Positions 1-9,014 of a stretch of 64,000 nucleotides of DNA are shown here, in pieces; position 1 is the stretch's first letter, and each line of letters begins with the position of its first letter. The DNA is from an uncultured Clostridia bacterium. Its GTDB lineage: Bacteria > Bacillota > Clostridia > Oscillospirales > CAG-272. A model generated the notes under the pieces. The model saw nothing but the letters and a program-made list of their open reading frames with translations, was not told the origin of the DNA and made no database searches. A program made the translations under genes and the position numbers. The DNA lies in contig CANRKP010000003.1 of assembly GCA_947631245.1 (NCBI GenBank), positions 18,727-82,726 of the forward strand. The letters run 5' to 3'.

Positions 1-726
1 GTCGACGTTCGCCTTCTGCGCGCTGTCGAAATTATTGCTGTCGAACACGCACTTGCGGCAGCTGCACGCGGGGCAGACGTTGCGGCACGCATTGCAGCGG
101 ATGCAGCGGGAAAGCTCGCGCCTGAAAAACTCAAATCTTTCGCGCGGAGCCATTGCCTCGAGCTTTTCCACCTCCGAAAAGCGGTCGCCGTCCGTCGTAT
201 CGCGAGACTCGCCTATTATCTCGTCGTAAATTTTGTGCTCCTTGCCGCGGCAGACGTGGCAGCGGGAAAGCATCGCGTCGGCGTATTTGCACGATTTGTC
301 GCCGTAAACGGTCTTTATCAAAAGCGTGTCGCCGTCGCCGTCGCATTCCGTCCCCGAAATTGAGAGGATGCCCTTTATTCCCAATGCGCGTATCTTGTCG
401 ATATCGAGCTTGCCGCGGCAGCCGACGCCGATTATGTACGTCTTTTCTCTGTCGACGCGGTGCTCCTTTATAAGCTGGTTATAGCTGTATGTGTCGCATG
501 GCTTTAGGCAGACGGCAGTTTTCCCCTCGAGGCGCGCCGCCTCTATCATCATCTTCGAGAGATTGGCGCCGCAGAAGCCGTCGTAGACGAAATCCGAAAG
601 CTCCTCCGCGCTCCCGAAGAACGCGGGCTCCGGGTCAAACGAGGTCTCCCCGCGCCTCCAGCCGAGCACGCGCGCGACGGTCCCGTCCGAGAGCAGCTCG
701 CAGAGCCTCTTTTTCAGTTCCTGCAT
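1..726 (-). CDS. 4Fe-4S cluster-binding oxidoreductase subunit (AsrA / sulfhydrogenase-beta-like), 5' part only; gene continues beyond the window start
   Basis: Missing from the ORF track because it runs off the edge. My manual minus-strand translation from ATG 726 stays open to base 1 (242 codons: MQELKKRLCELLSDGTVARVLGW...SRCIRCNACRNVCPACSCRKCVFDSNNF). It has CxxCxxCxxxCP plus CxCxxC motifs and a GGGGGA RBS 6 nt upstream. The start overlaps the mvhD 3' end by 13 nt. Confidence 0.7.
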   Translation of the reverse strand, partial: MQELKKRLCELLSDGTVARVLGWRRGETSFDPEPAFFGSAEELSDFVYDGFCGANLSKMMIEAARLEGKTAVCLKPCDTYSYNQLIKEHRVDREKTYIIGVGCRGKLDIDKIRALGIKGILSISGTECDGDGDTLLIKTVYGDKSCKYADAMLSRCHVCRGKEHKIYDEIIGESRDTTDGDRFSEVEKLEAMAPRERFEFFRRELSRCIRCNACRNVCPACSCRKCVFDSNNFDSAQKANVD

Positions 727-1175
727 CTGAGATCCCCCAATCTGACGTTTTCGCCGAGCGAGCGTATCTTTGCCGTGAACTCGTTCATCGTCGCCGAGAA
801 CTTCGCGCCCTCCGCCGCAGACACCCATTCGACCCTCGTGCGTCCGTTCTCGACGCCGATGAAGTCGAGCATGGAGAACAGCAGCGCCATGCGCCTTCTC
901 GTGTAGTAATTTCCCGTCGTATAGTGGCAGTCTCCGGGATGGCAGCCGCAGATTATGACGCCGTCCGCCCCGCGCTCGAACGCGCGCAGTATGAACATCG
1001 GGTTCACGCGGCACGAGCAGGGCACGCGGATTATTTTGACGTCCGCGGGATACGACAGCCGGCTGCTGCCGGCGAGGTCCGCGCCCGCGTAGCTGCACCA
1101 GTTGCAGCAGAACGCGACTATCATCGGCTTCCATTCCTTATTTTCCGCCGCGTGAGCAGTCTTTTCTATCTGCAT
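714..1175 (-). CDS. mvhD: MvhD-family iron-sulfur electron-transfer subunit
   Basis: Internal ATG (1175) of track ORF 714..1424. MQIEKT..KPMIVAFCCNWCSYAGADLAG..VIICGCHPGDCHY is the MvhD/FlpD Cys pattern. The longer track N-terminus is Arg-rich read-through overlapping hdrA. Confidence 0.85.
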   Translation of the reverse strand: MQIEKTAHAAENKEWKPMIVAFCCNWCSYAGADLAGSSRLSYPADVKIIRVPCSCRVNPMFILRAFERGADGVIICGCHPGDCHYTTGNYYTRRRMALLFSMLDFIGVENGRTRVEWVSAAEGAKFSATMNEFTAKIRSLGENVRLGDLRCRN

Positions 1176-3154
1176 ATCGCATCGACCTCCGCCGTTATCT
1201 GTCTGTTCGAGAAGCCGAAGAGGTCCATCGCCCCGGACGGGCACGCGACAGTGCACGCGCCGCACCCCTGGCAGAGCGCGCCGTTCACGACGGCGACGCG
1301 GCGCACCTCGCGCACGCCTATGCCTCTGACCTCGCGGTCCTCGTATGAGATTGCGCCGTATGGGCACACGTTCGCGCACGCCGAGCAGCCGTTGCACATA
1401 AGCTCGTCTGCCTTCGCGGTGCACGGGTTCGTGAGCAGCTTATCCTTCGAGAGAAGTCCGATGACCTTCACCGCCGCCGCTCCCGCCTGCGAGACCGTCT
1501 CCGGAATATCCTTCGGTCCCTGGCAGACGCCGGAGAGGAATATCCCCGCCGTCGGCGACTCCACGGGGCGCAGCTTCGGGTGCGCCTCCGTCAGAAAGCC
1601 GTTCGTGTCTATGCTCGCCGTCAGCATCGTCGCGAGCTTTCTCGCCGTCGGGTCGGGCTCGATCGCAGCCGCGAGCACTACCATGTCGGCATTTATGAGC
1701 ACCTGCCTGCCGTCTATTATGTCGGCGCCCTGCACGAGCAGCGTGCCGTCCGGCTGCGGGAGCACCTTTCCGACCTGACCTTTTATATAGTTGACGTGGT
1801 ATTCCTCGACGGCGCGGCGGTAAAACTCGTCAAAATTCTTGCCCGGCGTGCGGACGTCGATATAGAACACGGTGACGTTCGTGTCGGGATATTTGTCCCT
1901 TATGAGCATCGCGTGCTTCGCCGTATACATGCAGCATATCTTCGAGCAGTAGCTCTTGCCCCTCTTGTCGGCGCACCTGCTGCCTACGCACTGGATAAAG
2001 ACTATGTTCTTCGGAGGCTTCCCGTCGGAAAGGCGTTCGAGATGTCCCCCCGTCGGTCCCGCCGCGTTCATGATGCGCTCGAGCTCGAGCGACGTTATTA
2101 CGTCGGGGCTCTTTTTGTACGCGTATTCGTCGTATTTGTCGAGCGATATCATGTCAAAGCCGGTCGCGGCGACGATGGCTCCGTACTTCTCCGTTATTAT
2201 CTCGTCGCGCATTTCGTAGTCGATGGCTCCCGCCGGGCAGACCTTCGAGCATACGCCGCATTTTCCCGTTTTGAATTTGATGCAGTGCTCCCTGTCGATA
2301 ACGGGCACGTTCGGCACCGCCTGCGCGAAAGGAGTGTATATCGCGCTCCTCTTCGAGAGCCCGCGGTTGAACTCGCTCTTCGCCGTCTTTGACGGGCACT
2401 TTTCTTGACAAACGCCGCAGCCCGTGCACTTATCGATGTCGACGGATCTTGCCTTTTTGCGTATGTCGACCGTGAAGTCGCCGACAAAGCCCGTGACCTT
2501 TTCGACCTCGCTGTATGTGAATATCCTTATCTTCTCATGCGCCGCCGCCTCAACCATCTTCGGCGTAAGTATGCACGCCGAGCAGTCGAGCGTCGGGAAC
2601 GTCTTGTCGAGCTGCGCCATTCTGCCGCCGATGCTCGGCGTCTTTTCGACGATGTCGACCTCGTATCCCGCCTCGGCTATGTCGAGCGCCGTCTGTATCC
2701 CCGCTATGCCGCCGCCTATGACGAGCGCGCGCTTCGTCACGCGGCTCTCGCCGGATTTGAGCGGCACGTTCAGGTTGACCTTCGCGACGGCAGCCCTCAT
2801 TAAGACGACAGCCTTTTCGGTCGCCGTCTCCATGTCCTTATGTATCCACGAGCACTGCTCGCGGATATTCGCTATCTCGAGCATATAGGGGTTGAGACCA
2901 GCGCCCTCCGCGCACTTGCGGAACGTCGCCTCGTGCATTCTCGGCGAGCACGAGCAGACGACGACGCCCGTCAGCCCCTCCCTTTTTATCGCGTCCGCTA
3001 TCTTCATCTGCCCCGCCTCGGAGCACATATACTGGTAGTCCTCGGCAAAGACGACGCCCGGCTCGAGCCGCGCGCATTCGACAACGCGCTTGACGTCGAC
3101 CGTCGCCGCTATGTTGCTGCCGCAGTGACAGACAAAAACTCCTATCCTCTGCAT
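1166..3154 (-). CDS. hdrA: heterodisulfide reductase subunit A-like FAD/FeS flavoprotein
   Basis: 662 aa with the N-terminal VFVCHCGSNIA motif and the GGGIAGIQTALD FAD fold. Several CxxCxxCxxxCP ferredoxin motifs. Overlaps mvhD by 10 nt. Confidence 0.9.
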   Translation of the reverse strand: MQRIGVFVCHCGSNIAATVDVKRVVECARLEPGVVFAEDYQYMCSEAGQMKIADAIKREGLTGVVVCSCSPRMHEATFRKCAEGAGLNPYMLEIANIREQCSWIHKDMETATEKAVVLMRAAVAKVNLNVPLKSGESRVTKRALVIGGGIAGIQTALDIAEAGYEVDIVEKTPSIGGRMAQLDKTFPTLDCSACILTPKMVEAAAHEKIRIFTYSEVEKVTGFVGDFTVDIRKKARSVDIDKCTGCGVCQEKCPSKTAKSEFNRGLSKRSAIYTPFAQAVPNVPVIDREHCIKFKTGKCGVCSKVCPAGAIDYEMRDEIITEKYGAIVAATGFDMISLDKYDEYAYKKSPDVITSLELERIMNAAGPTGGHLERLSDGKPPKNIVFIQCVGSRCADKRGKSYCSKICCMYTAKHAMLIRDKYPDTNVTVFYIDVRTPGKNFDEFYRRAVEEYHVNYIKGQVGKVLPQPDGTLLVQGADIIDGRQVLINADMVVLAAAIEPDPTARKLATMLTASIDTNGFLTEAHPKLRPVESPTAGIFLSGVCQGPKDIPETVSQAGAAAVKVIGLLSKDKLLTNPCTAKADELMCNGCSACANVCPYGAISYEDREVRGIGVREVRRVAVVNGALCQGCGACTVACPSGAMDLFGFSNRQITAEVDAICR

Positions 3155-3160
3155 AATAGA

Positions 3161-3550
3161 CTACCTCCTGTATCGGCGGTATGCGCTGACGAGAAGCTGG
3201 GAGGGCGTATCCGGGTCGCACATCTCCGGCACCTCCTCAGTCGTCAAAAATCCGCCTCCCCTCTCGCGCGCGGCAAGCTGCCTTGCGGCGTCTATGAGCC
3301 TGCCGGGCTCAACGCTCCTCGGGCAGCGCTCTATGCACGCAAAGCATGAAAGGCATTTTTCAAGGGAGCGCGACTTCGTGAGCGCCTCAATTTCTCCCCT
3401 TATGACGAACGAAACGAACTGATGCGGCTTTATATCCATCTCGGCATATGACGGGCACGTTGCCGTGCATTTGCCGCACTTCATGCATTTATATGGGTCG
3501 ACGCCGCTGATATCTCGTATCAGCTCCGCCTGTTTTTCCGCTTTTGTCAT
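3161..3550 (-). CDS. hdrC: heterodisulfide reductase subunit C-like ferredoxin
   Basis: 129 aa with two 4Fe-4S motifs (CMKCGKCTATCP, CLSCFACIERCP). 6-nt gap to hdrA. Confidence 0.85.
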   Translation of the reverse strand: MTKAEKQAELIRDISGVDPYKCMKCGKCTATCPSYAEMDIKPHQFVSFVIRGEIEALTKSRSLEKCLSCFACIERCPRSVEPGRLIDAARQLAARERGGGFLTTEEVPEMCDPDTPSQLLVSAYRRYRR

Positions 3551-3578
3551 CTCGGTTTTGTTTACGGGTTCCTTTCCT

Positions 3579-4364
3579 TCACGAATCTTTGGCGACGCCG
3601 AGCGCCTCCGCCAAAAGCTCCGTGAAATAATATACCGGCAGCGCGGCTTTGCTCTTTTTCAGATTGTAAAGGCAGAGCGGGCACGCCGTTATGAGCATTT
3701 CCGTGCCGAAGCCCGAGGCGCTCGCCTCGACCTTGTCCGCCATGCCGCGCGAAAGCTCGCGATCCTTCAGCGAGACGTACCCGCCGCAGCACTCGTTTCT
3801 GTAAGGGTATATGACGGGCTCCGCCCCGATGGCGCGGATAAAATCCTCAAGTATCGTCGGGTCCTCGGGGTCGTCGAACGCCATGACCCCGCTCGGGCGG
3901 AGCAGAAGGCAGCCGTAATACGCCCCTATTTTTTTGCCCTTGAGCGGATTTTTCACCTGCTTTTTCACGTTTTCGAACCCGACGACGTCGCGAAGCACCT
4001 CAAGGTAGTGCAAAACGTTCGTCTCGCCGCGGTAGGGCTCGTCGAGCGCAAGGTAGTTGTTCGCGCTCGTCCTTATTTCCTCGACGTTTTTCATATCGTC
4101 GTTCACGCGCTTTATCACATGGTGGCACGCGGAGCAGAGCGTGACGAGGTCCCTGCCCTCCGACCTCGCCGCGGCAAGCGCGCGCACGGAGGACAGCTTC
4201 GTCGCCGTCTCGTCGCGCCCGAGGGGATAGACCCCGCCGCAGCACTGCCACTCCGGCAGCTCGCAAAGCTCAAATCCGAGCAGCGGGGCGCATTCGCGCG
4301 CGTATCTGTCAAGGGACGACGCCTTGTTTTTCAAGGTGCATCCCGGAAAATAGCTGTACTTCAT
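3579..4364 (-). CDS. hdrB: heterodisulfide reductase subunit B-like (two CCG domains)
   Basis: 261 aa starting MKYSYFPGCT. Duplicated Cys-rich CCG signatures (EWQCCGG, NECCGGY, ACPLC). Confidence 0.85.
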   Translation of the reverse strand: MKYSYFPGCTLKNKASSLDRYARECAPLLGFELCELPEWQCCGGVYPLGRDETATKLSSVRALAAARSEGRDLVTLCSACHHVIKRVNDDMKNVEEIRTSANNYLALDEPYRGETNVLHYLEVLRDVVGFENVKKQVKNPLKGKKIGAYYGCLLLRPSGVMAFDDPEDPTILEDFIRAIGAEPVIYPYRNECCGGYVSLKDRELSRGMADKVEASASGFGTEMLITACPLCLYNLKKSKAALPVYYFTELLAEALGVAKDS

Positions 4365-4400
4365 TCCTTGTTCTTTCTTTTTTCGGAACGGGATCTTACG

Positions 4401-5348
4401 TCAGATCCTTATGCCGTTTATGACCTGCTTCAGCGCGTCCGCGCTCATGCGGAGCTGTTCGACCTCGCGCGGGCTCATTCTCATCGGGACCTTGCCCTTT
4501 ATGCCCTGCGGACCGACGAGCGTCAGCGTGCTCAGGCACACGTCCTCGATGCCGTATTCGCCGTGCATCATTGACGAGAGCACCGCTATCGAATCTGACG
4601 ACGCGAGCAGGACCGAGCAGAGGTTGCAGACCGCCGCCGAAACCGCGTAGAACGTCGCGCCCTTGTTGGCGATTATCGTGCCGCCCGACGTGCGGACGTA
4701 TTCGAGCATCTCCTCCTTGTTGACGTCCTCTATCTCGCGCCCGAAGGAGCGCATCAGCTTGATGTAGTCCGCGAGGCTGACGCCCGAGACGAACACTCCC
4801 GACCACGGGATGAACGACGTGTCGCCGTGCTCGCCGAAGACATAGGCGTGTATGTTCTTCTGCGCGATATTGAGCCTCTCGGAGAGCCCGCAGCGCAGGC
4901 GCGCCGTGTCGAGCATCGTCCCCGAGCCTATGACCTGCCGCTCGGGCAGTCCCGATATTTTCGTAAAGACGTACGTCATGACGTCGACGGGGTTGCTCAC
5001 CATTATGTAGAGCGCGTTCGGCGCTTCCTTGACGATGAGGGGCGTTATGCTTTTCAGTATGTCGACGTTCGTCTGCGCGAGGTCGAGCCTTGACTGACCC
5101 GGCTTGCGCGCGACGCCCGACGTTATTATGACTATGTCGGAGTCCTTCGCGTCGCAGTAATCTCCTGCGACGATGGAGATCGGGTCGCGGAAGCAGGTGC
5201 CCTGCTCTATGTCCATGACCTCCCCGTCGACTTTTTCCTTGTTTATGTCGATAAGAACGAGCTCAGACGCCATGTCGTTCTGCGACAGCGTATACGCGAT
5301 CGTCGAGCCGACGCTTCCGGCTCCTATAATCGTGATCTTTGCGCTCAT
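4401..5348 (-). CDS. ldh: NAD-dependent L-lactate dehydrogenase
   Basis: 315 aa. MSAKITIIGAGSVGST Rossmann motif, GEHGDT catalytic-His region, full-length LDH/MDH fold. Confidence 0.9.
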   Translation of the reverse strand: MSAKITIIGAGSVGSTIAYTLSQNDMASELVLIDINKEKVDGEVMDIEQGTCFRDPISIVAGDYCDAKDSDIVIITSGVARKPGQSRLDLAQTNVDILKSITPLIVKEAPNALYIMVSNPVDVMTYVFTKISGLPERQVIGSGTMLDTARLRCGLSERLNIAQKNIHAYVFGEHGDTSFIPWSGVFVSGVSLADYIKLMRSFGREIEDVNKEEMLEYVRTSGGTIIANKGATFYAVSAAVCNLCSVLLASSDSIAVLSSMMHGEYGIEDVCLSTLTLVGPQGIKGKVPMRMSPREVEQLRMSADALKQVINGIRI

Positions 5349-5390
5349 GTGTTTCTCCTTTTTTCGCTTTTTGTAAGGCGGCTTTGCGTC

Positions 5391-6818
5391 TCAGAGCTCT
5401 TTTTTGCCCGTCAGATATTCGTCTATGGCTTTCGCCGCCGTCTTTCCGGCTCCCATCGCGGAGATGACGGTCGCGGCTCCCGTTACGGCGTCGCCTCCGG
5501 CGTACACGCCGACCCTCGACGTGAGCCCGTCCTCGTTTACCACGATCCCGCCGCGGCGGTTTACCTCGAGCCCCTCCGTCGTGTTCTTTATGAGCGGGTT
5601 CGGAGAGGTGCCTATCGCCATGACGACCGTGTCAACGTCGAGCGTGAATTCGCTCCCTTCCTTCGGCACGGGTCTGCGCCTGCCCGAGGCGTCGGGCTCT
5701 CCGAGTTCCATCTCTATGCACTCGATGCCGGTGACAAATCCGTTTTTCGGGTCGCGGGCGTTTTCGGGATTTTCGTATCCCAAAATTCGCGTCGGGTTAG
5801 TCAGAAGGCGGAAGATTATGCCCTCCTCCCGGGCGTGCTCCACCTCCTCGCGCCTTGCGGGCAGCTCCTCCATTGAGCGGCGGTAGACGATATACACTGT
5901 CTCGGCGCCGAGCCTCAGCGCGGTCCTCGCCGCGTCCATCGCGACGTTGCCTCCGCCGACGACGGCGACCCTCCCGCCCTTCATTATCGGGGTGCTCGGC
6001 TCGTCGAGGTACGCCTTCATGAGGTTGCTCCTCGTCAGAAATTCGTTTGCGGAATATACGCCCTTGTAGCCCTCTCCGGGTATGTTCATGAAATTCGGGA
6101 GCCCCGCGCCGGAGCCGATGAACACGGTCTCAAAGCCGTCCTCGAAAAGCTCATCGACCGTCAGCGTCTTGCCGATTATGACGTTCGTCTCGATTTTGAC
6201 GCCGAGCTTCTCGAGCGTCTCCGTCTCCTTTTTGACAATTGCCTTCGGCAGGCGGAATTCCGGTATGCCGTAGACGAGCACGCCGCCCGCCGTGTGGAGA
6301 GCCTCGTAAACCGTGACCGCGTACCCCTTTTTCGCAAGGTCGCCGGCGCAGGTGAGCCCAGAGGGACCCGAGCCCACGACCGCAACGCGGTGCCCGTTCG
6401 GCTCGGGTACGGAAACATTCCCGGGGTCGTGATCGTTATGGTAGTCGGCGACGAATCTTTCAAGTCTTCCTATGCCTACGGGCTCGCCCTTCTTCCCGCG
6501 GACGCATCTTTCCTCGCACTGCGTCTCCTGCGGGCACACTCGCCCGCACACCGCGGGCAGTGACGACGACTCTGAGATGACGCGGTACGCGCCCTCAAAA
6601 TCGCCCTCTTTGATTTTTCCTATAAATTCCGGTATCCTTATGTTTACGGGGCAGCCGGAGACGCAGGGCATATCGCGGCAGGAAAGGCAGCGCATAGCCT
6701 CGTCGAGCGCGGCTTCCTCCGAATACCCTTTTGCCACCTCGAGGAAATTGTGCGCGCGCACCTCCGGCGGCTGTGCCGGCATCGGGTTTTTGTCGGGTCT
6801 CATGTTCAGCTTCGCCAT
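5391..6818 (-). CDS. nfnB: NfnB / SudA / GltD-family FeS flavoprotein (NADPH-binding large subunit)
   Basis: 475 aa. N-terminal CLSCRDMPCVSGCP..CGRVCP FeS motifs, then two dinucleotide folds (VAVVGSGPSGL, VAVVGGGNVAMD). Confidence 0.85.
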   Translation of the reverse strand: MAKLNMRPDKNPMPAQPPEVRAHNFLEVAKGYSEEAALDEAMRCLSCRDMPCVSGCPVNIRIPEFIGKIKEGDFEGAYRVISESSSLPAVCGRVCPQETQCEERCVRGKKGEPVGIGRLERFVADYHNDHDPGNVSVPEPNGHRVAVVGSGPSGLTCAGDLAKKGYAVTVYEALHTAGGVLVYGIPEFRLPKAIVKKETETLEKLGVKIETNVIIGKTLTVDELFEDGFETVFIGSGAGLPNFMNIPGEGYKGVYSANEFLTRSNLMKAYLDEPSTPIMKGGRVAVVGGGNVAMDAARTALRLGAETVYIVYRRSMEELPARREEVEHAREEGIIFRLLTNPTRILGYENPENARDPKNGFVTGIECIEMELGEPDASGRRRPVPKEGSEFTLDVDTVVMAIGTSPNPLIKNTTEGLEVNRRGGIVVNEDGLTSRVGVYAGGDAVTGAATVISAMGAGKTAAKAIDEYLTGKKEL

Positions 6819-6819
6819 C

Positions 6820-7671
6820 TCAGTTCGCCCCCTTCAAGAGATTGCACGTCCGCTCGTGAGCGCGGCGCTCGAAATCGAAATACATCCGCCCGCGCGACGC
6901 GGCCTCGTCGAAATCTATCTCGTATCCGTCAAAGTCCGGTCCGTCCACGCAGGCGAACTTCGTCACCCGCTCGCCCCCGCGCACGAGTGTGACGCGGCAG
7001 CCGCCGCACATCCCCGTGCCGTCTATCATTATGGGGTTCATCGAGACCGTGACGGGCACGCCGAACGGCTTTGCCGTCAGCGTCACGAATTTCATCATCA
7101 CGAGCGGTCCTATCGCTATTATCATGTCGAACCGCTCGCCCGCCTCGAGCATCTCGCGAAGCGGCACGGTTACGTTGCCCTCGCGCGCGTATGAGCCGTC
7201 GTCCGTCATGACGACGAGCCTGTCTGACGCCGAGCGAAACTCGTCCTCGAGTATCAGAAGGTCGCGGCTGCGGAAGCCTATTATGCTCGTGACCTCCGCG
7301 CCGAGCCTGTGAAATTCCTCTGCTACCGGCATCGCGATCGCGCAGCCGACGCCGCCGCCGATGATGCAGACCTTTTTTATCCCCTCGGTGCGCGTCGGCA
7401 CGCCGAGCGGACCCGCGAAGTCGCTTATGTATTCGCCCTCGTTTTTGTGGTGCAGCACCTCCGTCGTGGCGCCCACCGTCTGAAAGATTATCTTCACCGT
7501 TCCTTCGTCGGCGTCTGTGCCCGCGACCGTCAGCGGGATGCGCTCGCCGTCATCGTCTACGCGAAGGATTATGAACTGGCCGGGCTTTGCCTTTTTCGCG
7601 ACGAGCGGCGCCTCTATCTCCATTTCCGTTACGGTCGGATTGAGCGCTCTTTTCCTCACTATCTTATACAT
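6820..7671 (-). CDS. nfnA: NfnA / SudB ferredoxin-NADP reductase-like small subunit
   Basis: 283 aa. PyrK-like FAD/NAD fold plus the C-terminal GTGMCGGCRV [2Fe-2S] motif. 1-nt gap to nfnB. Confidence 0.85.
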   Translation of the reverse strand: MYKIVRKRALNPTVTEMEIEAPLVAKKAKPGQFIILRVDDDGERIPLTVAGTDADEGTVKIIFQTVGATTEVLHHKNEGEYISDFAGPLGVPTRTEGIKKVCIIGGGVGCAIAMPVAEEFHRLGAEVTSIIGFRSRDLLILEDEFRSASDRLVVMTDDGSYAREGNVTVPLREMLEAGERFDMIIAIGPLVMMKFVTLTAKPFGVPVTVSMNPIMIDGTGMCGGCRVTLVRGGERVTKFACVDGPDFDGYEIDFDEAASRGRMYFDFERRAHERTCNLLKGAN

Positions 7672-7852
7672 GGATCCTCGTTTCCTTTCGCTGTGGTCTC
7701 GTTTTTTCCGTGTCCCGACGCGCGTAAATCAAGGTTATAAAAAGGCGGCTGTTGTTTTTTCGGCCGCCAATCGTTTTTTGTCTTTGCGCGAAAGCTCGCA
7801 GCAGTTCGGGACGGGCACGGCGCACATTATACGGGAAGTCACAAAAAACGGC

Positions 7853-7881
7853 TTGACCGCACCCCCGTTTATGCTTATAAT
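7853..7881 (+). promoter_or_regulatory. sigma-A-type promoter facing the SDR gene (TTGACC-17-TATAAT)
   Basis: TTGACC at 7853-7858 and TATAAT at 7876-7881 with a 17-nt spacer. It implies a leader of about 225 nt to the GTG at 8112. Confidence 0.45.
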
Positions 7882-7882
7882 A

Positions 7883-7911
7883 ATTATAAAAGTACGCGCG
7901 CGATTTGTCAA
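7883..7911 (-). promoter_or_regulatory. sigma-A-type promoter of the nfn-ldh-hdr operon (TTGACA-17-TATAAT)
   Basis: On the minus strand, TTGACA at 7911-7906 and TATAAT at 7888-7883 with a 17-nt spacer. About 200-nt leader to nfnA. Confidence 0.6.
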
Positions 7912-8111
7912 GGACAATAAGACCGGCAAAACGACTTTCAAATGCTAATAATGCTTATTTTTTTCGGTAAAAATGACGTTTTCGACCCGCGCATCCGCCA
8001 AAAACCGACACGGCGGCGGGATCGGGTCACGCGCCGTCAATAATAAAATATGCCGCGCGCGGTGAAAACTCCATCGCGAAAGCGGCAAAAAAACGATATC
8101 GGGGGGGAAAA

Positions 8112-8882
8112 GTGGCAGCACACGCTTATAAAAACAGGCATGACGGCGGAACCGGAGCCGGAGCCGTCCTTATAACGGGGGCGTCGCGCGGGATAGGACG
8201 CGCCTGCGCGCTCGAGTTTGCCGAGCGCGGGTTTGACCTCTCGCTCTGCTGCGTTAAAAACCGCGCACTGCTCGAGGAGGTCGCCGAGCAGGCGTCGGCG
8301 TTCGGCGTCCGTGTCGTGACGTCCGTCGCCGACGTGTCGGACTTTGCCGAGACGGAGCGGATGTACCTCCTGACGGCGGACGAGCTCGGCGACATCGACA
8401 TTGTCGTAAACAACGCCGGCATATCCTACGTCGGGCTCCTTACCGACATGACGCCCGCCGAATGGGCCCATGTCATCTCCGTCAATCTCACGTCCGTATT
8501 CAACACCTGCCGCCTCGCCGTGCCCTCTATGGTGCGCCGACGTCACGGCAGCATCGTCAACGTGTCGTCGGTATGGGGCGTAAACGGCGCCTCTTGCGAG
8601 GCGGCATATTCCGCGTCGAAGGGCGGCGTCAACGCGCTGACGCAGGCGCTCGCAAAGGAGCTCGCGCCGAGCGGCGTCCGCGTGAACGCCGTCGCCTGCG
8701 GCGCCGTCGATACCGACATGAACGCCTGCTTTTCAAAGGAGGAGCTCGCCTCTCTCTGCGACGAGATCCCGGCGGGACGCCTTGCCTCGCCCGCCGAAGC
8801 GGCAAAGCTCATAGCAGACGTCGCCACCCGCCACGACTACATGACCGGCCAAATAATCCGCCTCGACGGCGGGTGGCTGTGA
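8112..8882 (+). CDS. short-chain dehydrogenase/reductase (3-oxoacyl-ACP reductase-like)
   Basis: GTG start behind a GGGGGGG RBS. TGASRGIG cofactor motif, NNAG, and the S..YSASK catalytic motif. Confidence 0.9.
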   Translation: MAAHAYKNRHDGGTGAGAVLITGASRGIGRACALEFAERGFDLSLCCVKNRALLEEVAEQASAFGVRVVTSVADVSDFAETERMYLLTADELGDIDIVVNNAGISYVGLLTDMTPAEWAHVISVNLTSVFNTCRLAVPSMVRRRHGSIVNVSSVWGVNGASCEAAYSASKGGVNALTQALAKELAPSGVRVNAVACGAVDTDMNACFSKEELASLCDEIPAGRLASPAEAAKLIADVATRHDYMTGQIIRLDGGWL

Positions 8883-8901
8883 GTAGTGGAGGAGAATAAT
8901 T

Positions 8902-8937
8902 GCGGGGGGAAACTTTTCGAGAAAAGTTTCCCCCCGC
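8902..8937. terminator. perfect 16-bp hairpin between convergent genes
   Basis: GCGGGGGGAAACTTTT-cgag-AAAAGTTTCCCCCCGC. No clean U-run on either side. Confidence 0.5.
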
Positions 8938-9014
8938 ACCCCTCTTCAAAAGCTTTAAATTAGGGATTTTTTGTAAGAAAAGCTGTGGTCCACAGAGAGT
9001 GCTCTGCGGTTGTT

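Noticed and set aside
489-1778. 429-aa plus-strand ORF, and similar long ORFs such as 13298..14554(-), 27400..29292(+), 31805..33382(+), 50835..52097(-), 55777..56772(-) and 62095..63117(-)
   Set aside because: All lie antisense to, or frame-shifted within, genes with clear homologues. Their translations are Arg/Pro/Ala/Gly-rich low-complexity strings with no RBS. These are typical shadow ORFs of a high-G+C genome.
7744-7768. Riboswitch in the nfnA leader
   Set aside because: Only a 6-bp GC stem with a 13-nt loop and a U-run. I could see no recognisable conserved riboswitch core. It is kept as a minor note under the promoter finding rather than called as a feature.
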